From the NCBI RefSeq assembly GCF_001194135.2, contig NC_068982.1:137395607-137432969 (forward strand): a stretch of DNA of 37,363 nt, read 5' to 3'. Origin of the DNA: Octopus bimaculoides. Its lineage: Eukaryota. Each line of letters begins with the position of its first letter. Within the stretch, counting starts at the first letter, position 1. The position numbers and the translations under genes were made by a program. Below the pieces are notes generated by a model that saw nothing but the letters and a program-made list of their open reading frames with translations, was not told the origin of the DNA and did no database searches. Shown here one piece after another: positions 32,019 through 37,363 of the stretch.

Positions 32019-33267
32019 AGATCAGGTGGGATTTTGTTTTTTTTTCTATCAAATTTTTACTCTTTATTTACTGTTTGTTCCCTCATCATCCGTATGAAAC
32101 ATTTACACTTCCAGGAAATGTCTAGGCTCTTTTGACTCCCAACGTAACAAACTTACCTTTCCTCTATGTTACCCATGCAGACAATACACCAAACTAGGGA
32201 CAGCTACAATGACTACAATTGTTAAGCAACTCTGTTGCTTTACTCACATTTTCTTCTCTCTCCTCCTCACTCTCTATGCCTTAGGTTACTGAGTACTTTG
32301 TGTTGACACCTCCAGAAAATGCACCCAGAATGTTCTGTAAAGTAATTGGCAACAAAATGCGTATCCAGCTATAGAAGTTGGACAAAATGACATTACAAGC
32401 TTCAGTTTATAGGAGCATTAGATCCTAAAAAGAAATGACTTGGATTATGATGACTGTCTAACTCTGCCGGCATGGAAAGTAGAAGTAAGATGATGATTAC
32501 ACGCGCATGCACTCTCTGTCTCTCTCTCTCTTTCTCTCTGTCATCATCATCATCATCATCGGCATCGTCGTTTAACGTCCGCTTTCCATGCTGGCATGGG
32601 TTGGACGGTTTGACTGAGGGCTGGCAAGCCAGAAGGCTGCACCANNNNNNNNNNNNNNNNNNNNNNNNNNNNNNNNNNNNNNNNNNNNNNNNNNNNNNNN
32701 NNNNNNNNNNNNNNNNNNNNNNNNNNNNNNNNNNNNNNNNNNNNNNNNNNNNNNNNNNNNNNNNNNNNNNNNNNNNNNNNNNNNNNNNNNNNNNNNNNNN
32801 NNNNNNNNNNNNNNNNNNNNNNNNNNNNNNNNNNNNNNNNNNNNNNNNNNNNNNNNNNNNNNNNNNNNNNNNNNNNNNNNNNNNNNNNNNNNNNNNNNNN
32901 NNNNNNNNNNNNNNNNNNNNNNNNNNNNNNNNNNNNNNNNNNNNNNNNNNNNNNNNNNNNNNNNNNNNNNNNNNNNNNNNNNNNNNNNNNNNNNNNNNNN
33001 NNNNNNNNNNNNNNNNNNNNNNNNNNNNNNNNNNNNNNNNNNNNNNNNNNNNNNNNNNNNNNNNNNNNNNNNNNNNNNNNNNNNNNNNNNNNNNNNNNNN
33101 NNNNNNNNNNNNNNNNNNNNNNNNNNNNNNNNNNNNNNNNNNNNNNNNNNNNNNNNNNNNNNNNNNNNNNNNNNNNNNNNNNNNNNNNNNNNNNNNNNNN
33201 NNNNNNNNNNNNNNNNNNNNNNNNNNNNNNNNNNNNNNNNNNNNNNNNNNNNNNNNNNNNNNNNNNN

Positions 33268-33316
<49 letters not shown>

Positions 33317-33994
33317 TGCAGATGTGGTTGTGTAGTAAGATTTTTGCTTCCCAACTACATGGTACCTTGGGCAAGTTTCTTCTACTGTAACTTCAGGGCA
33401 ACCTAAGCCTTATGAGTGGATTTGATATTTGGCAACACAACAACTGAAAGAAGCTCTTCATATATGTGTGTGTGTGTTGTGTGTCTGCATTTACCCCACC
33501 ACCACTTGACAACATTTATTGGTGTGTTTCAATCCCCATGATTTAGCAGTTCATTTAAAGAGACTGATAGAATAAGTAGCAAGCTTTAAAAACAAAAATT
33601 GACTAAAAGTTCTTCAAGATATTTGGGAAGTCATAACAGACAAACCCTATAAACACACTCAGTGGTTGTCTGTTGCTTATTTCTATTTATTTTTTAAAAC
33701 AATTCTCAAAAATATTTTTGCTGCACCATTTAAAAATATCTTTTGTATTTTTATATATTTTTTAAAAAATTTCTTTTTATAATTTTCTGTTTTCTTTTTT
33801 CTTTGTTTATTAACTTTGCCTTGTTTAGGTGACAACAGTTATATCGTAGAAAAATGCATGAAATGAGAAATAAAGAAAGCTTCAAACAATGCTGAAAGTT
33901 TTAAAAAACCTTTATATTTTGAGCACATATAAATACATATTTCTTTGACTGTATTCTTCTGAAGATAAGCCTTTACATCCGAAATGTATAGATG

Positions 33995-34630
33995 GAAGAC
34001 CTTCGAACGTTGGGCCTCACAGAGGTGATGACAAGTGACCGAAACCTTTGGAGATATGTTGTGCTTGAGAAGACCCGGCAAGTCAAGTGAGACCGTAACC
34101 TTGGCCTATGCCAGTGCAGCATAACCGGCCCATTTAAGAGTGCCCTTCAATCATTGGGCAATAAAGTACGCTTGCGAAGACCTGTTGAGTCAAGTGAAGT
34201 CATTGTCGTGGCCAATGACAGTACTATCTGATTGGCACCTGTGCCGGTGGCATGTAAAAAATACCATTCAAGTATGGTCATTGCCAGTGCCGCCTAACTG
34301 GTTCCCATGCTGGTGGCACGTAAAAAGCACCATTCAACCATGGTCATTGCCAGTACCGCCTGATTGTAGCTCATACCGGTGGCACATAAAAAGCACCATT
34401 CAAACGTGGTCATTGCCAGTACCACCCGACTGTCTCTCGTACCGGTGACACATAAAAAGCACCCACTACACTCTCGGAGTGGTTGGCGTTAGGAAGGGCA
34501 TCCAGCTGTAGAAACATTGCCAGATCAGATTGGAGCCTGGTGCAGCCTCCTGGCTTGCCAGTCCCCAGTCAAACTGTCCAACCCATGCCAGCATGGAAAG
34601 CGAACGTTAAACAATGATGATGATGATGAT
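33995..34630 (+). mobile_element. RTE LINE 3' end: ORF C-terminus, 66-bp tandem array and (GAT)n tail
   Basis: 33995-34090 encodes EDLRTLGLTEVMTSDRNLWRYVVLEKTRQVK-stop, with the DR..WR motif typical of RTE C-termini. ccggtggca units start at 34244, 34310, 34376 and 34442. The tail is shared with all other copies. Confidence 0.82.
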
Positions 34631-36039
34631 GAAAACTTTCTGCATTGTTCGAAGCATTCCTTGTTTCTCATTCCATTAATTTTTCTACATCTGTACGACA
34701 ATACTTCAAGCAAACTACAACGGTTTTATACTCTGTTTATTCTCAATTTAGGGTTCTGGTTTCACAGTTTTGGTAAGAATCTCTAGTTTTAAGTCGATCT
34801 TTTGTGAATGATTACTTTTTATTCTTTTACATCCCTGCCTCCCCCTCCTTTCTCCTTTAGCATGATGATGATGATGCAATCAGGGTACCTGGTTATAGTT
34901 TCAAATCATATTTATGGAATCAGAGAAGGGGTTTCCAATTTTACGAAAGGAGACAGACAAGGGTTTTGAATTTTACTGGAAACAGACAAGGGTTTCAAAT
35001 TTTACTAAAGGAGACGAACAATTGGTTTTAAATTATTCTTGAGGTATTGTACTTGGAACTAAACTAACAGATATTTTGTTCTTAATCCCTCAAGTCAGCT
35101 CTGATTGAGTAAATCTTTGATCAAAGACACTTCAACTATGACATCTCATTTTGATATGTATCAGGGGCTACATTATCCAATGATCCTTCTTTTGTAAGGC
35201 AACAGTTTATGGTTTAATGGAGATTTGGTTGCCATTTCTAGCAAGCAGTGGCCATGTATAGAGGCTCCCTTCTTCTTAGCTCATGATATTTATTAGATAT
35301 TTAATAGTTTCTTCTATTTGCACTTATAAGTATATATATATGTATATGTGTGTGTGTGCATGTGTGTGGATTGTAATACAAGAAGATGGAATGAACAGGC
35401 TTTTATCCAAAATTACTACAATTGTTTCTGTACATTAGCATCAGCTGGTAATTACTGAATGTTTCACATATTATACATGTTATTGTATTAATATGCTGTG
35501 TACTTGCACATCTTCAGGTGAGTGAACATAGAATGTAGTAAGACAAAATAGCTGTCGATATTTTATATCCTTTTTTCTATTCAGACCATTTTTCAGATGA
35601 GGTTCACAGCATCGCACCCTTTATGACCATCTTTTGTCTTCTCTTACACACAGCAATAGAGAAAGCTGCCAATCTTTATTGTCTGTCTGTCGTTTTTTTA
35701 CCTTTTTGGCATGTTTTCTTTTTATGACTGAATGCTTTTCTTACTGCTAATCCCATTATAATATTTCATTGTGCCATTGGCACTCAAGTAATTGTCGGTG
35801 GTGGACAGAAGTTTCTATTTTATCTTGTATAATTGTTTATTCAGACTTACTGCTTTTCCGTATATGGGTTGCTTTCATTACAGCTTATGGATTCTACATA
35901 TTTTTGTACCCACAGCCTTTTTTTTTTTTTTTTTTTTTTGGCATGGTTTATTTTTTGCAGCTGAATTCCCTTACTATTGCCAACCACTTCACAGCATGAA
36001 CTGAATGCATTTTATTGTGTCACCAGCATTAAGGAGAGT

Positions 36040-36290
36040 GGCTGCTAATGGCTTAGTGGTTAGGGCATTGCACTCACAATTGCAAGATCATAGTTTCAGT
36101 TCCTGGACCAGGTGATGCATCATGTTTTTGGGTAAAGCACTTCATTTCACATTACTCCACTCCACTCCGCTGTAAATGTGTAACCCTGCAATGGACTAGC
36201 ATCCTATCCAGGGGAATGATGTGATCTTGGTCACTTATAAGCCATGGAGATTGAATATCTGACCCTGCGAGTTCTATGGCTCAAGGCAAT
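36040..36290 (+). mobile_element. Old tRNA-SINE with CORE-like and accctgc.atggact.gcatcc.atccaggg domains
   Basis: A-box-like TGGCTTAGTGG, CORE-like gggtaaagcacttcatttcac, then aaccctgcaatggactagcatcctatccagggg. Confidence 0.6.
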
Positions 36291-36299
36291 CATGTCCAT

Positions 36300-36810
36300 A
36301 GTTGATGATGATGATTAACGAGATCTACTGCTGCTGGACTACAGTGTCCTTTCTACTTTGTATAAGTTTTTCCTCATTAACAGGTTCCTTCACCGTGACT
36401 CACAAAGTCAATGTCTTCTTGTTGCAATTAGGGAAGAAACCATTCCAGACACTGTTGGGTTTGTTTGAAATGTCTATCTTTTTAGATGAGTCATCTTTTC
36501 CACAGCTAAGAAGCCATGTCTTCCAATGATGTAGGGAGCAGGTTTAGCTAGTGGACTTATTGTGGCATCTAAGGCTACTGAGAATAAAAGTTGTTTTCTT
36601 GATGTGGGGAGGGCTTTAATTGTCATGAAGGTTGTCTAAGGTAGCTGGACATTGAGGCCATCTCTGATATGGAGACAGAAGAGGGGAAGTAGAAATGGTC
36701 GTCTTAATGATAAAAGTTGAGGTAGTAGAGGTGACTCACTTCCAAAAGAACTTGTGATACATTAATAGTGGCCAAGCTTTGGTTACGAAGATTGAGAGAG
36801 AAATGGGGTT
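36300..36810 (-). mobile_element. Possible highly decayed Penelope-like RT fragment
   Basis: Minus strand ...ttctgtctccatatcaga...cagctacct...cctgctccc resembles my recollection of the FLDLSVSIS...SYL...ICS region of Penelope-like RTs. Many stops and deletions. Confidence 0.35.
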
Positions 36811-37157
36811 ATAAATATGACCTACCTGATAATTTTATATATATGTTACAGTCGTTAATAATCACTGTTAATTATTAGTAAATAATTGATGTAATCATAT
36901 TTCCATGAACTATTTCTATCCATAATGGCTACAATGTTTTCCAAACACTATTCCTGCGGCACTGCTAAGTAGATCACACAGGGGACAAAGGCATTAACTA
37001 CTTCATATTCAAAGTCACTGTCAACACCATTTTTGTTTTAAGAATAATAAACTTGTACTCTACTAGAGTATAGAGTAATCCATCAGATTAATGTCAAACT
37101 GTTTTTATTATACATAAAAACAAGCATTAATATACATATATATATATATATATATAT

Positions 37158-37363
37158 ATGGATGCCTGCTACATAGATTATTCTATGAAAAACATTCCGA
37201 TACCATCAAAGGAACTATACTCTAAGAAACTTTTGGAGAAAATTACAGACCTTATTAAGGGCATTCTTCGATGGCCAGATAACTGAAGAGATGGCGGCGT
37301 GGGTTTCCGCCCCAACAACCAAAAATCAGATCACCAGTCTGGAACCCCTATCTAGCCCTGGAT
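37158..37363 (+). mobile_element. Penelope-like retroelement ORF N-terminus, frameshifted, running off the window end
   Basis: ATG directly after (TA)n. MDACYIDYSMKNIPIPSKELYSKKLLEKITDLIK, then a +1 shift at 37260 into AFFD... This matches the YS.KNIPIP...L.EK....IKRMRWKAFF N-terminus of GIY-YIG Penelope-like elements with RMRWK deleted. Confidence 0.65.

Noticed and set aside
12154-33354. Long ORFs in the track (12154-12918, 17698-18294, 24127-25178 set, 32472-33354)
   Set aside because: They are long only because they run through N gaps. The real residues are microsatellite- or repeat-derived.
33959-33992. Hammerhead-like CTGAAGA...GAAATGTA
   Set aside because: Helix II cannot pair, helix I is mismatched, and it abuts the RTE truncation point.
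34215-34465. CRISPR-like regularly spaced repeats
   Set aside because: Whole 66-bp units are homologous with no unique spacers, they sit inside an RTE 3' UTR, and the context is eukaryotic with no cas genes.
35440-35523. CAG|gtgagt donor as HAP40 exon 7
   Set aside because: No frame upstream resembles the expected HAP40 segment and there is no convincing acceptor.
37283-37315. CTGAAGA followed by a GGCGG/CCGCC hairpin as a hammerhead
   Set aside because: No GAAA after the hairpin, and the sequence reads as part of the Penelope-like ORF.

Overview
AT-rich, microsatellite- and SINE-dense animal genomic DNA from a draft assembly with six N gaps. The repeat families look like Octopus/coleoid cephalopod, which is my recognition and was not searched. 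Three spliced genes can be rebuilt by hand from GT-AG boundaries with consistent phases. (1) The 3' part of FOXRED1 (+, 2376-14327; 7 visible exons, with the penultimate exon probably hidden in gap 12165-12847). (2) A complete 5-exon NOL12/RRP17-like gene (-, 20791-15762, 194 aa), convergent with FOXRED1. (3) The first 6 coding exons of a multi-exon F8A1/HAP40 gene (+, 23663-31532), head-to-head with NOL12 across a short promoter containing a perfect CRE. The introns hold RTE-LINE 3' ends, CORE-type and other tRNA-SINEs, a mariner fossil and MITEs, and a foldback element with telomere-like repeats. The most striking unexplained signal is a set of Penelope-linked parts. A tRNA-headed SINE-like element carries a minimal type I hammerhead ribozyme fold (28261-28306) and has an inverted copy of its own head. 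A second hammerhead fold lies on the minus strand (13046-13085), and there are decayed Penelope-like ORF fragments near the window end. Almost all ORFs in the supplied track are spurious (N gaps, microsatellites, repeats).
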